Source: Magallana gigas
Lineage: Eukaryota
NCBI RefSeq assembly: GCF_963853765.1
Contig: NC_088858.1
Coordinates: 30,132,001 to 30,196,000, forward strand
DNA: 64,000 nucleotides
Direction: 5' to 3'
The position numbers were made by a program, and so were the translations under genes. The number at the start of each line of letters is the position of its first letter. Position 1 is the first letter of the stretch. The notes under the pieces were generated by a model. It was not told the DNA's origin. It ran no database searches and saw only the letters and a list, made by a program, of their open reading frames with translations. Positions 55,301-63,833 of the stretch are shown piece after piece.

Positions 55301-58300
55301 AGCAATATTAAAAAGATCATATAGATATGAATTTCAATACATTCTATTTTGACTGTTTTTTTTATAATTTCCCTTTTGAAAACGATGTAACTCTTCATTT
55401 CAATTAAGGTTAGATCTAGAGAATAAAATGTACCTACAGGTTTATGAAATGAACGATATATATTCTTTCAATGATGCTTCATACACTGTAACAATATCTC
55501 TGTTTTATGGGATGTATATCGGTTCAACGGGGCATGGTCATGATTTTGGTTAAATTTATTCTATTTTTCTGTTTATATTGTTTACAATGCTTTAGCAATG
55601 CATTTTTATTGATCATTCCAAATTTGAGTGTCAGTCATAGAGATATAAGCAAGATACGGAGCTTACAATTAATTGTTATGTTAATAAGGCTCGTTCCTTC
55701 TTTTTGCTTAAATTGGTTCAATATACCGGTAAAAAATCTTCTTTAAGCTGACTTCTTCGTTTTGAATATAAATGAACATTTCTTAGCGTTTATCACTTTC
55801 ATTTTACATGCATGTCTAAACCTGGAATTTTCTGATCAACACTCAAAATGTAAACAAAAACTTTGTTTTCCCAAAGAATAATTGTGAGTTCTATATCTCG
55901 TTTATAACTCAACTACCGACACTCAAACTTTTGTTGACTTTTATAGATTTCTTACTGAAGAATATAACATTTACAAGTTTTTATTTGTAGTCCATGAGCC
56001 ACATCGCTCACATGAAAAACGTTAACAGTTCATTGTATCATTTTAATTAAGTTTTCTAATATTTTCCAAATTTATTTCAAAGTTATACATTGAACCCCTC
56101 ATAGGGCCCCATTATTAGTCTAGGATCACAATTTCAAAAATTTAGACTCTACCTTATTTAAGAATGCTTACATAGCAATTGTAGCATTGTAGTTCTTGAG
56201 AATAAGATTTTAAAACATTTTTTCCATATATTTCTATTTAAAAACTTTGAACCTCTCTTGAGTTCCCAAGTATTAGTCCGTGGTTTACAATTTCAGCCAT
56301 TCAAAATCTCCATTCTTTGAGAATGATGGCATAGCAATCTCAAAAGTTGTAGAATTGTAGTTCTTAAGAAAATATTTCTAAAATTTACTTTAAATTTTTT
56401 CTAGCACCGTATGTTAAATTTTGAACCACTCTTGGGCCCCAGTATTAGTTCAGGGGTCACAGTTTGAACAATTTATAATATACATTATTTTAAGGGTACA
56501 TGTAATTTTGCACTATTTCAGAAAATGCAACTGAAAACTCGATTGTACATGCCCCATTTACAATCACACTTACCCTTCTTTTAAGATATCATAGGCATCT
56601 TTAACAGACTTGATTATGTTGAAGACCTTTCCATATCTGTTAATAAATGTATCTGCCATTCCAATTAAACCACTAAACGGCTCCATTAGCTCTTTTTCAA
56701 TTGTTTCTAATAAATTCACTGCCTCTTGTTTCATGCTTTGCTGAAAAAAATGTATGATGCATAAAATAAATATTTTATATTCTATTAACAAAAATAACAA
56801 GCTTGATGATTTGTTAAAAGAGTAATAAATACAGTTGAGATTTTTCCCTTTGAGAACTTCTTCACAACATCTTCTCCCTCTTCCAACTTTTCATGAACCC
56901 ACTTTTGACCAGCTGTCTTCATACTATGAAATGCTTTGGTTGCTAAGTCAGTGTACTCAGATATCAGAGCTGCCACATCAAACCAATACGGCTTGTCATC
57001 TGTTTAATGTAAAAAATCAAATAAATATTTCATATAAAAACAAATTGCTGCACCAGCAGTAACCTTTTATTATTTAATATTTACCAACAGAAATAAGTTA
57101 TCAAAGTAACTCAAGTGATCTACGAATTGCATATTTTACTGTACCTGTATGGTCATATTTATCAAATACACACCCTAATAATACACGCACGCATGAACCT
57201 CAAACCCGTGTCAATTTTACAATTTAAGGAGAGGACATCACAGACATGTTAACAATAAATTTTGTCAATATCCAATAACTATGAAAGTAAAGAAAATATT
57301 ATTAATTTTTATACATTTTTACTACAATGTATGTGCCCATATTGGCCCTATCCAAGACCCAGAGGTCTTGAAATTTACAAATTATATAAATGGCTTCACA
57401 GACATCACAATCACGCATCTAGATTTCCTTAAATATATATTGGAGTTAAAAAGGATATTTTCTAAGATATAATTTAGATTTAATGATATTTCATTCAGAA
57501 TTTAGTAATATTTCAGAGCTTGACCCCCTGACTAAGGGGCAATTAATTTCGCAATTTGGGTAGAGATTTGGATAGAGAATTTATTTTTTAAAAATAATTT
57601 TGCTGTTTGTTTTTCCAAAATGTATATGGCAGAAGAGAGGGTATTTAACATTTTTAAATGCATGTTGACTAAATGGCCCAATTGACCCGCGCCTAAACTA
57701 ACAAAGACCAAATACAATAGATCACATGAGTTGATATATAATTTCAATAATTAAGCACAATGCGATATATATTCGATAAATACCATTTCTTAAAAAAAAA
57801 CCCCGTTTTTTAAAACGCTAATTTCATATAATTCAATTCTAAGAAATTCATGCCCGCCTCGAATGAATGAGTAAGCCATACTTTTCTCTTTGGCTTAATG
57901 CATCGTTTAAAATTCCCGGATCAATGACGCATAAGCGACATTTTAGTACAATGTATTTTACCATGGAAATATGCAATACTTTCAAATATACTGCTAATGA
58001 TTTGTTGCATGCGCATTTTTATTGTGATATGCCAATATATAAACACTATGCCTAGTAGCAACATTGCTCACCTGAGTCACATTGACCAACATTCTAATTA
58101 CTTTGGAATCATCATTGTTAGCACGGTGCCAATGTTCAAGGCTTTCGTTGGTCACCCTTTTCTTATAAATTTACATCCCCACACATATTTTAATTTGTAA
58201 AAAATTTGACCCTCATGGTGGCTCAACCCTACCCCAGGGATCATGATTTAAACAACTTTGAATATATACACTACCTGAGGATGCTTCCACACACGTTTCA

Positions 58301-60890
58301 GGTTTCCTGACTGAAAACTTTCAGAGAAGCTTTTTTAAAAAAAGATTTACGCTATATTTTACTATTTAAAAATTCGACCCCCGTTGGGACCCCACCCTAC
58401 TCTCGAGGGTCATGATTTTCACAACTTTCATTATTTTCACAACTTTGAGTTTACACTATCGGAGGATTCTTCTACACAAGTGTTTGCTTTCCTGGCCAAT
58501 TGGTTTCTGAGAAGATTTTTGAAAAGTTCTAAAAATATTTTAATAATTATTAATTATCTCCCCTTGAAAAAAGTGTATTCCTTAATGTTCACAACTTTGC
58601 ATCTCCTTTTCTTAAGGACGCTTTGTACCAAATTGGTAGAAATTGGCCGAATGGTTCTTAAGACGATGTTGAAAATGTGCAAAGTTTACAGACAGACAAA
58701 ATGTGATCAGAAAAGCTCACTTAAGGACGCTGGATTTTGTGATCAAAAGTCTTTAATTTTTTTCTAAAGTGTTTTTTTAAAACATACACACATAGCTTAA
58801 CCAATATCCAAAACAAGATTTTGGGGTCTATATGCTCCTTTCGGTGCTACAATGTATTTAATATGACCTTTCTGCACTGAAAGTGCAAATTGCACATAAA
58901 TCACTTTTCCATCTGAAATTTTTATCGGAATAAACCATGGCATCAAACAAAAGTTTGTTTATACTATTTAAAAAAAAATAAAATCAAAGAAGATGGGGGG
59001 GGGGGGAATAAGATAGCGCAAATTCCCATTCAGTTTAGTCGTAAAATTCAATTTTGTATTTATTTTTTTCAATTGAATCTATTCAAATATATTTTAATTC
59101 AAGCTTGCAAAGCACAATTCCTTACTATATTCAGTTTTTAATATATTTAACAAAAGATAAGAAAAAAATATTGCCTTAAATTTCTGTGGTATCGAACCCA
59201 TAACATAAAAACCCTAGATGTATAAGGTTATGTCGGGTGCTCTAAGCAATGAGCCATTTCGGACACAACAGAGTAGCGTGTTTTATATACTATGTGTCAC
59301 TTTGGTCTCGAATTTACGCACTTGTATTATTTTTTTAAAACGTTGAATTGTTGGGATACACAATTATATTTCTAATGTATAGTGGGTCAACTCTCCACGT
59401 TTTTGTTGATTGAAATCGGTTTGTTTTCCATTAGACCTTATTTAGGCTATGAGAAAAACATGGAGCACAGACCCACTCGATATAAGAAAATGCCTTGAAG
59501 TTCAAAAAATGACACTATTTGCAGGCTTTGATACGCATACGCCTGTTTGAGTCAACACATTCCCGGTATTGAACATACAAGTTAAAAATCATTGAATGTT
59601 AAATATATATTGTTTTAAATGATATTTTAAGAAATACCAGATTGATTTGATATTTTAATTTTTCAGTATCTTGTCCGACAGTGCATGAGCATTTTACACG
59701 CCTTATCCACCCATCTTCTTCACATAAGAAAAACATTTGCAATCTCTTTACCTTATTCATATTTTGACCTTTTTGCACTGATAAAATGCTATTCTTAGTA
59801 ATTAATGATTCAAAATGCAATAAAATTATTTAAAAGTCTCAACCTTTTTCTCAAATGATAATAGATTTGTCAGAAAAATCTTAAAAGGTAAGAAAATAAA
59901 ACCAGCGCTTATCATCACCGCAATTAAAGGGGTTACTTAAAAGAGAAGCTAGCTGTGTTTTGTTTTATCTCTCATACGTTGTCTTAAAGCATCAGTGCTT
60001 GCGAATCTGAAGAAAAAAATTATGGGTCTATGATGTAAACTTTGATATGGCATGAAATAAGCTAATTTTAGGCAAAAATTGGAGTTAATTTTTTCTTGAC
60101 TTTTATGAAATATCAGTTTAATATGTTAATATATGTCAATATAAATATAACAATATCGTTAAAATATGTGTTCCAAAACAGCATGACAATATCCCAAATG
60201 CACAAACTATCTGTAATAAATATGTAATTTTCCCTTAACTATTTTATTCAATATAGTTTATTTGGCATTGCAAAAATATTAATATACAAGTAGAATTAAT
60301 ATATGATGCATAATACAAGGCTAGAGGTGACACAAAATGGCTACCAACCCCCCTCCCCCGAGGAACGAACCGCTTTAAGCTTTCGGCTCAGGTGAGCTAA
60401 AAAGACTTTTGCATTCTGCGTTATTACATTTCTCATTCATCTCAATGTAGTAGGTTCCAACACAAGATGTAGGTAAATTCAATATAGTTTATCACATATT
60501 GTGTTGTTTTATGTCGCAACAATTCTACATTGATTGTATTGACATTACTGTTGCATATAGTAAACAAAACGAACCTCTTAGAAAGAAACAAGCATCTTGA
60601 ATTTTGTCTTTCTGCTCAAGGACGATTTTCACTGCTTGATAAATCCTAATAAAAGAACATATTATATTGTTTCAGAAATACTGAAAACTTTATGTGGCAA
60701 TGATAATTTTGTTGATCCTCTTTAACATAAAAATCATACAAACATACTTGAAAATACTTCCTCCAATTTTCAACAATGCTTCTTTGGGATTTTTCAATAG
60801 TATTTTAAAGCCGTCAATAATATCTTTCACTGCATCAAACACTGCTTTTCCTTGTTGTGGAATGACAACTTTAATAGTTTGCTCAATTTC
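595..60890 (-). CDS. Giant multi-exon gene (~118 exons, ~6,300 aa in window, partial): helical region + M23/LECT2-like domain + 2 SAP-like motifs + 30 tandem Cys-rich ~200-aa modules
   Basis: Manual splicing gives a continuous stop-free frame. Introns are GT-AG (two GC-AG) with matching phases. The exon pattern recurs with lengths mod 3 consistent at every junction. Confidence 0.9.
1016..2203 (-). CDS. Repeat unit R29
   Basis: Exons 1997-2203, 1868-1910, 1352-1506, 1016-1249 (extended; donor inferred from A|gtaagt). Confidence 0.8.
2343..5112 (-). CDS. Repeat unit R28
   Basis: Exons 4903-5112, 4776-4818, 4000-4172, 2343-2510. Confidence 0.85.
3239..3295. repeat. Hairpin (21-bp arms) within a larger interspersed element (~2690-3300)
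   Basis: TTGATCCATCTCATAGACGGC ... GCCATCTATGAGATAGATCAA, 2 mismatches. Confidence 0.7.
3815..3926. mobile_element. Small inverted-repeat element
   Basis: AAGCATCGAATGCTTATTTTTTGATG ... CATTCAAAAATAAGCATTCAATGCTT. Confidence 0.55.
5208..6406 (-). CDS. Repeat unit R27 (lacks C7 and C8)
   Basis: Exons 6191-6406, 5809-5851, 5521-5684, 5208-5387. Confidence 0.85.
5942..6001. repeat. (AT)n microsatellite
   Basis: About 30 perfect units. Confidence 0.98.
6040..6120. repeat. Perfect 35-bp-arm inverted repeat
   Basis: TATAATAAAAGAAAAAAAGCAACACTAACTGCAAA (6040-6074) and its exact reverse complement (6086-6120). Confidence 0.9.
6117..6175. repeat. (TA)n microsatellite
   Basis: About 29 units; produces the spurious IYIYIY tail in ORF 6093-6422. 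Confidence 0.98.
6504..7651 (-). CDS. Repeat unit R26
   Basis: Exons 7439-7651, 7242-7284, 6835-6998, 6504-6671. Confidence 0.85.
8044..8989 (-). CDS. Repeat unit R25
   Basis: Exons 8780-8989, 8602-8644, 8350-8513, 8044-8217 (GC donor). Confidence 0.85.
9145..10270 (-). CDS. Repeat unit R24
   Basis: Exons 10049-10270, 9888-9930, 9630-9793, 9145-9324. Confidence 0.8.
10381..12009 (-). CDS. Repeat unit R23
   Basis: Exons 11791-12009, 11550-11592, 10851-11023, 10381-10545 (GC donor). Confidence 0.85.
11150..11482 (+). mobile_element. HINE-like element remnant with ACTG/ACGG microsatellite
   Basis: aagggacataactc... body ending gactgacacactgacacaatgactgactgacggacgggtcaaaaaca; boundaries approximate. 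Confidence 0.5.
12158..13172 (-). CDS. Repeat unit R22 (3 exons)
   Basis: Exons 12908-13172, 12465-12625, 12158-12328. Confidence 0.85.
13234..13558. mobile_element. TTAA-flanked MITE (Kolobok-like non-autonomous) carrying a tRNA-like segment
   Basis: TTAA|GGTGGTATGGGACA ... TGTCCCATACCACT|TTAA terminal inverted repeats. Minus-strand A box (TAGCGCAGTGG) and B box (GTTCGAATCC) at 13381-13452. Confidence 0.7.
13621..15107 (-). CDS. Repeat unit R21
   Basis: Exons 14895-15107, 14560-14602, 14066-14229, 13621-13791. Confidence 0.85.
15261..16193 (-). CDS. Repeat unit R20 (3 exons; lacks C6 and C9)
   Basis: Exons 15935-16193, 15529-15692, 15261-15431. Confidence 0.85.
16316..17209 (-). CDS. Repeat unit R19 (3 exons)
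   Basis: Exons 16948-17209, 16697-16866, 16316-16489. Confidence 0.85.
17575..18437 (-). CDS. Repeat unit R18 (3 exons)
   Basis: Exons 18185-18437, 17864-18027, 17575-17751. Confidence 0.85.
18590..19815 (-). CDS. Repeat unit R17 (3 exons)
   Basis: Exons 19560-19815, 18860-19017, 18590-18763. Confidence 0.85.
19899..21063 (-). CDS. Repeat unit R16 (3 exons)
   Basis: Exons 20802-21063, 20366-20538, 19899-20081. Confidence 0.85.
21243..22120 (-). CDS. Repeat unit R15 (3 exons)
   Basis: Exons 21856-22120, 21574-21737, 21243-21422. Confidence 0.85.
22374..23771 (-). CDS. Repeat unit R14 (3 exons)
   Basis: Exons 23519-23771, 22813-22979, 22374-22544. Confidence 0.85.
22590..22803. repeat. Intronic tandem duplication (~115 bp x2)
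   Basis: ttttcagaagaat...ttatctta(a/g)gt(a/t)agtgctgatattgaagacttaaaa occurs at ~22621 and ~22736. Confidence 0.8.
23200..23357 (+). mobile_element. HINE-like 3' end
   Basis: (GAC)n microsatellite, AAGCTCTTTTGAGCTT palindrome, GGCTCAGGTGAGCTAAAA; the same end recurs at ~60380-60403. Confidence 0.55.
23861..24841 (-). CDS. Repeat unit R13 (3 exons)
   Basis: Exons 24592-24841, 24309-24475, 23861-24025. Confidence 0.85.
25183..26100 (-). CDS. Repeat unit R12 (3 exons)
   Basis: Exons 25845-26100, 25474-25643, 25183-25341. Confidence 0.85.
26223..27364 (-). CDS. Repeat unit R11
   Basis: Exons 27146-27364, 26977-27019, 26590-26750, 26223-26399. Confidence 0.85.
27495..29030 (-). CDS. Repeat unit R10
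   Basis: Exons 28821-29030, 28629-28671, 27772-27941, 27495-27671. Confidence 0.85.
29178..31266 (-). CDS. Repeat unit R9
   Basis: Exons 31045-31266, 30781-30823, 29929-30086, 29178-29351; possible extra 30-nt exon 30143-30172. Confidence 0.85.
31389..32356 (-). CDS. Repeat unit R8
   Basis: Exons 32138-32356, 31959-32001, 31695-31846, 31389-31577. Confidence 0.85.
32570..33320 (-). CDS. Repeat unit R7 (3 exons)
   Basis: Exons 33065-33320, 32822-32979, 32570-32734. Confidence 0.85.
33446..34548 (-). CDS. Repeat unit R6
   Basis: Exons 34339-34548, 34108-34150, 33832-33995, 33446-33619. Confidence 0.85.
34246..34334. repeat. (TA)n microsatellite
   Basis: About 44 units starting a few nt after the R6 splice donor. 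Confidence 0.98.
34691..35675 (-). CDS. Repeat unit R5
   Basis: Exons 35454-35675, 35300-35342, 35026-35186, 34691-34873. Confidence 0.85.
35778..37791 (-). CDS. Repeat unit R4 (3 exons; lacks C6 and C9)
   Basis: Exons 37530-37791, 37117-37268, 35778-35951. Confidence 0.85.
36117..36397. mobile_element. Degenerate second copy of the TTAA-flanked tRNA-containing MITE
   Basis: TTAAGATGGTATGGAACACC left end; internal ggaaaggtaaaaat..cccgacaggattcaaactcat..gctacactgttagg matches 13360-13455. Confidence 0.6.
36398..36610 (+). mobile_element. 3' tail fragment of an RTE-like non-LTR retrotransposon
   Basis: Translates to ...TALSWTSEGRRKEGRPK...(stop)...AAADKSRWRRSVDAL..., resembling the WTPEGxRxRGRPK...DRxxWRxxVxAL C-terminus of RTE-clade ORF2. 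Confidence 0.6.
38217..39362 (-). CDS. Repeat unit R3
   Basis: Exons 39111-39362, 38910-38964, 38644-38816, 38217-38390. Confidence 0.85.
39558..44921 (-). CDS. Repeat unit R2 (divergent)
   Basis: Exons 44673-44921, 44233-44275, 40634-40779, 40449-40540, 39558-39603. Confidence 0.75.
45521..47245 (-). CDS. Repeat unit R1 (divergent) plus linker with SAP-like motif 2
   Basis: Exons 47024-47245, 46861-46927, 46545-46708, 45786-45913, 45521-45662 (MTDGQIKAALMSRNLPQTGDRATLNSRLLQ). Confidence 0.8.
47379..47517 (-). CDS. Exon with SAP-like motif 1
   Basis: ELIENKPCVSPHEMTEDQLMNELIERGKDASGSREEMLARLLELEQ; tag acceptor and gtatgt donor. Confidence 0.75.
47701..48406 (-). CDS. Acidic/Pro/Thr-rich linker and helical segment (3 exons)
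   Basis: Exons 48259-48406, 47961-48116 (PVTTTTTVAPS), 47701-47888 (FFAKLLKAADKFLQKFNIRRLKFGTIIEFLDKLG). Phases 0-1, 1-1, 1-0. The acceptor at 47888 is weak. Confidence 0.7.
49089..52714 (-). CDS. Peptidase M23 / LECT2-like zinc domain (3 exons)
   Basis: Exons 52528-52714, 49414-49560, 49089-49262 give ...KHVGVDILVESGKT-IVAPFAGEVT...QAGQKLGTSKHSICKNHIHLAFHKDDDYIDPTKYL. This contains HxxxD, the G-x-x-V-x-A-P-x-x-G motif, GQxLG, HxH and DP..YL. Confidence 0.85.
51898..52011. mobile_element. 114-bp hairpin MITE
   Basis: TAGTCTCGTTCAACCAGACGCTCGGCTGTCTCCGT ... ACGGAGACAGCCGAGCGTTTGGTTGAACGAGGCTA, 2 mismatches in 35 bp. Confidence 0.8.
52781..53380 (+). mobile_element. HINE-like element with ~160-170 bp satellite monomers (about 3 copies)
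   Basis: AACAAGAGGCCCATGGGCCACATCGC head. The monomer tt(g)aacccc..tattagt..caatt..gtagcattgtagttctt recurs at ~52883, 53044, 53204. Confidence 0.65.
53595..54450. repeat. Two clusters of degenerate TGATATC-core short repeats
   Basis: (t)tttgatatcaaaaa / ttctgatat units at ~53595-53720 and ~54195-54450. Confidence 0.6.
55985..56500 (+). mobile_element. HINE-like element with the same ~165 bp satellite (about 3 copies)
   Basis: gtccatgagccacatcgctcacatg head; monomers at ~56090, 56245, 56420. Confidence 0.65.
56574..60890 (-). CDS. N-terminal amphipathic helical region (4 exons)
   Basis: Exons 60748-60890, 59978-60006 (29 nt), 56833-56999, 56574-56740 join in frame: EIEQTIKVVIPQQGKAVFDAVKDIIDGFKILLKNPKEALLKIGGSIFK-FASTDALRQ-HDKPYWFDVAALISEY...GKVFNIIKSVKDAYDILKEG. 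The donor at 56833 is weak (gtattt). Confidence 0.75.
58055..58720 (+). mobile_element. HINE-like element with Cg170-like satellite monomers
   Basis: ATTGCTCACCTGAG 5' subTIR; monomers ccctaccccagggatcatgattt..ctacctgaggatgcttccacac (~58225, ~58395); tgtgatcagaaaagctcactt end. Confidence 0.6.
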
Positions 60891-61799
60891 CTGTTAAAGA
60901 TTATAAAAACCACACAAAAAATTAAAGAATTGCTTCATTTGGTACTTAAGGAAAGAGTCTTTTCTGGTTTTCGACTTTTCAAACGTAAATTTGATTAATT
61001 GTTCATTAAATCAAGATGAGAAGAAATTAAAATAGTGTATGTTTCTTTCTTTTTTACTATCAAACAACTTGGCATAGACAAAGTAATCAATGTTTAGAAT
61101 CTAACGAGGACTATATCTTTGGCGGAATATTGGCTTAGGAAAATATCACATGTTTCGCAATTTAGAATTGCTGCAGATTAATGAGTCTGTTTTAGCATTT
61201 TAAAAACAATATCATTAATGTTTGATTTTTTACTAATGTGAACTAATACTTATCTTTCAGAATATGTTTTCAAAATGTGATTTGCCTATCAAATTACATT
61301 TTTATAAGCTTTTTAAAGCGCCTATTCTATACATTGATTTGTGTGAAAAAATTACCAAAAACAGTTTTTCTCTCTTATTAAATGGTCAATATATTAGCTC
61401 TTCTGTCAATTTCAATCTTTATATAAAGTCTTCATAATACGTAAAAATAAAAAATATATTAATATTGGAAGCATAAAAAAATAATCAAAATTCTTCTAAA
61501 TTTAGGAAAATTAGAGGCATTGCGGGCTAAGCAATATCAACTTTAGTATAAAAATTTATTACAATTTAGTAGTAAAAGCTGATAGACATTCTGATATTCT
61601 ATCATTTCATTGAAGGATAGAATCTTTAAAACTTAAATCAAAGGCCTGATGGGCCACAATGGCGTCGAGTTAAAGTTAATTTGAAGAGTAAAAACCTAAA
61701 TCATTTTTTTAACAAGTGAAAAGCTGTCAATGTAACAGCACACCGGGTTTTCTTTTTATATGCGAACTGTATCCATAATCCATGTTAACCCATATCCAG

Positions 61800-62412
61800 T
61801 AAAATGGTATGCAATATTTTGCTAAAAAAGACTAAGTTCAAAAGCTGGTATTTTTTCATAAATAATCAGAAATAAAAATCCTAGAAATATGCACAACTCT
61901 AATACATGTACAATTAATCTGCAAAAGAACAACTTTTTATCTATAAAACTGTAGGAATAGTTATCCGTACAATGAGGTAACCCTATATGCAATATTTTGC
62001 TAAAAATTGACTAACTTCAAAAGCTGGTATTTTTGTCACAAATTATCAGTAATCAAAATCCTAGCACTATGCACACCTCTGATTAATGTATAATTGATCT
62101 GCAAAAGAACAACTTCTTATCTTGAAAACTGTAGGAGAAGTTATCCGAACAATGAGGGTACACTATATGCAATATTTTGCCAAAAATTGACTAAATTCAA
62201 AAGCTGGTGTTTTTTTCATAAATAATCAAAAATCAAAATCCTAGCAATATGCATACCTCTGATATATGTTTAATTGATCTCCAAAAGAACAACTTCCTAT
62301 CTTGAAAACTGTAGGAGGACTTATCCGTACAATGAGGGTACCCTATATGCAATATTGTGCCAAAAATGACAAAGTTCAAAAGCTGGTGTTTTTTTCATAA
62401 ATTATCAGTAAT
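61800..62412. repeat. Tandem satellite array, ~180-bp monomer x ~3.4
   Basis: tatgcaatattttgc..ttcaaaagctggt..aaatcctag..gcaaaagaacaactt..aaactgtagga recurs at 61809, 61987, 62167, 62347. Confidence 0.9.
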
Positions 62413-63833
62413 CAATTTTAACTTAATACAAAAAAAATACATTAGTCAACTTTAAAAAAAAAATAGAAAATGTTTTATCACATAACTAATAAAATTACAA
62501 TTCATTACAAATTTGCTCACCTAATTCTTAAAAAGTTTTGAATTTCAATTGAAAATTTAAGTTAATAGAAATATTTTAGAAGTTAATAATTGTTTAGATT
62601 TTTTTTCTCTATTCATATGGAAATAAATATTAAAATTATGATTGTGTTTAATTCTATATATTGTATACTGCTGATAACCACTCTGTCTCTTATTATCAAT
62701 TTCATCTAAAATTCACAAGGGTCCAAATGACACGGGCCGAAAAGACCCGGGGTAGATAAAAGAAAGCACCCATTCACGTTGTTTGCAAAGTGAAAGTAGT
62801 TCACTAGTTGGTTTAAAATAACTTTTGGTTGTAGATGTACTTATCGCTCGATTAGGAAGTTTTGTTTCTACAAGATCAAACATTTGTGCATTGTCAATTT
62901 TCGATATGGATACAAAATAATCTATTTTGCAGGCTGGTACATTTCATAACAAAACTGAGTATGTAAGCCCAGCTACCGCATGGGTCTCGGTGCTAGTGTA
63001 TTCATCCGCTGAAACCGAGACATACATGTATTGTCTTCAATAAAATGTGAACAATTTTAAAGACGGCAACCATTTCGAATCTGCAAACTTGTTTTGTTGA
63101 CGAACAGTTCTGCTCGAAATTGAAGTATGTCATCTATTTTTCTTCAAACACATACGGAAACTTTGCACTCATTTGAGTTGTTTGGCTCCTAAAAATGTTG
63201 GCAACTTCCGGACGTACGATCCTTAGATGGCTTTCGAGCTTCGCTCGACGCCATAAAAAATGTCTACATAACTGCAAAGAGCTACATTTATTTTTATCAT
63301 CCTGAAAGTTGAGGAAAATGGTAGTGACCCTGACCTGACCTTTTTGCGAAAACAAAAAGGTCAAATTTTATTAAACTGATAGAATCATTGGGTAATATGA
63401 TATGTTTGACTGTGTCGAAGTTTCATGAATTTCTTATTATAAGAAGTATGTTTGATAACGAGAAGACTCCTTCCTTAAAATACACACTGGAATAAAGTAC
63501 ATAGAATATTGCTTTCAGAGAAGACATTTGAATATAAACCATTCACATTTCTGACCTTTTCTTTAGAACAACTAGTTCACATTTGACTTGGTAAAATTAT
63601 CATTTTGAGAAGAGAATTGTAAATTGATAAAAAAAGAGTTAAATAGCCTTTCCAAAGGGAAAATATCACACAATATTGAAAATAGGGTACATGTTTTTAA
63701 AAATCTTCTTATCAAGTACCACTGCACCAGAAATGACAATATTTACAGCAGGGCTTGCATTATAATGACTCTTGAAGAACTGAGCTTTACTGATAATTTT
63801 GCCTGATTATCTCACTTCCAGAAGCACAATAAG

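Noticed and set aside
59599-59820. ORF with KCSCTVGQ, SWIM-like
   Set aside because: Only a CxC fragment, missing the downstream C and H ligands. It lies inside a repeat-like region and does not fit the host gene frame.
52781-62412. CRISPR-like arrays
   Set aside because: Eukaryotic satellite monomers with no repeat-spacer structure and no cas genes.
63134-63364. Upstream coding exon(s): ORF 63134-63364, or a 33-nt phase 0-0 exon 63156-63188 (EPNNSNECKVS)
   Set aside because: The long version ends in the wrong phase for exon 60748-60890. The 33-nt version fits but has no independent support, and the region is CpG-rich and TE-like. Left unresolved.
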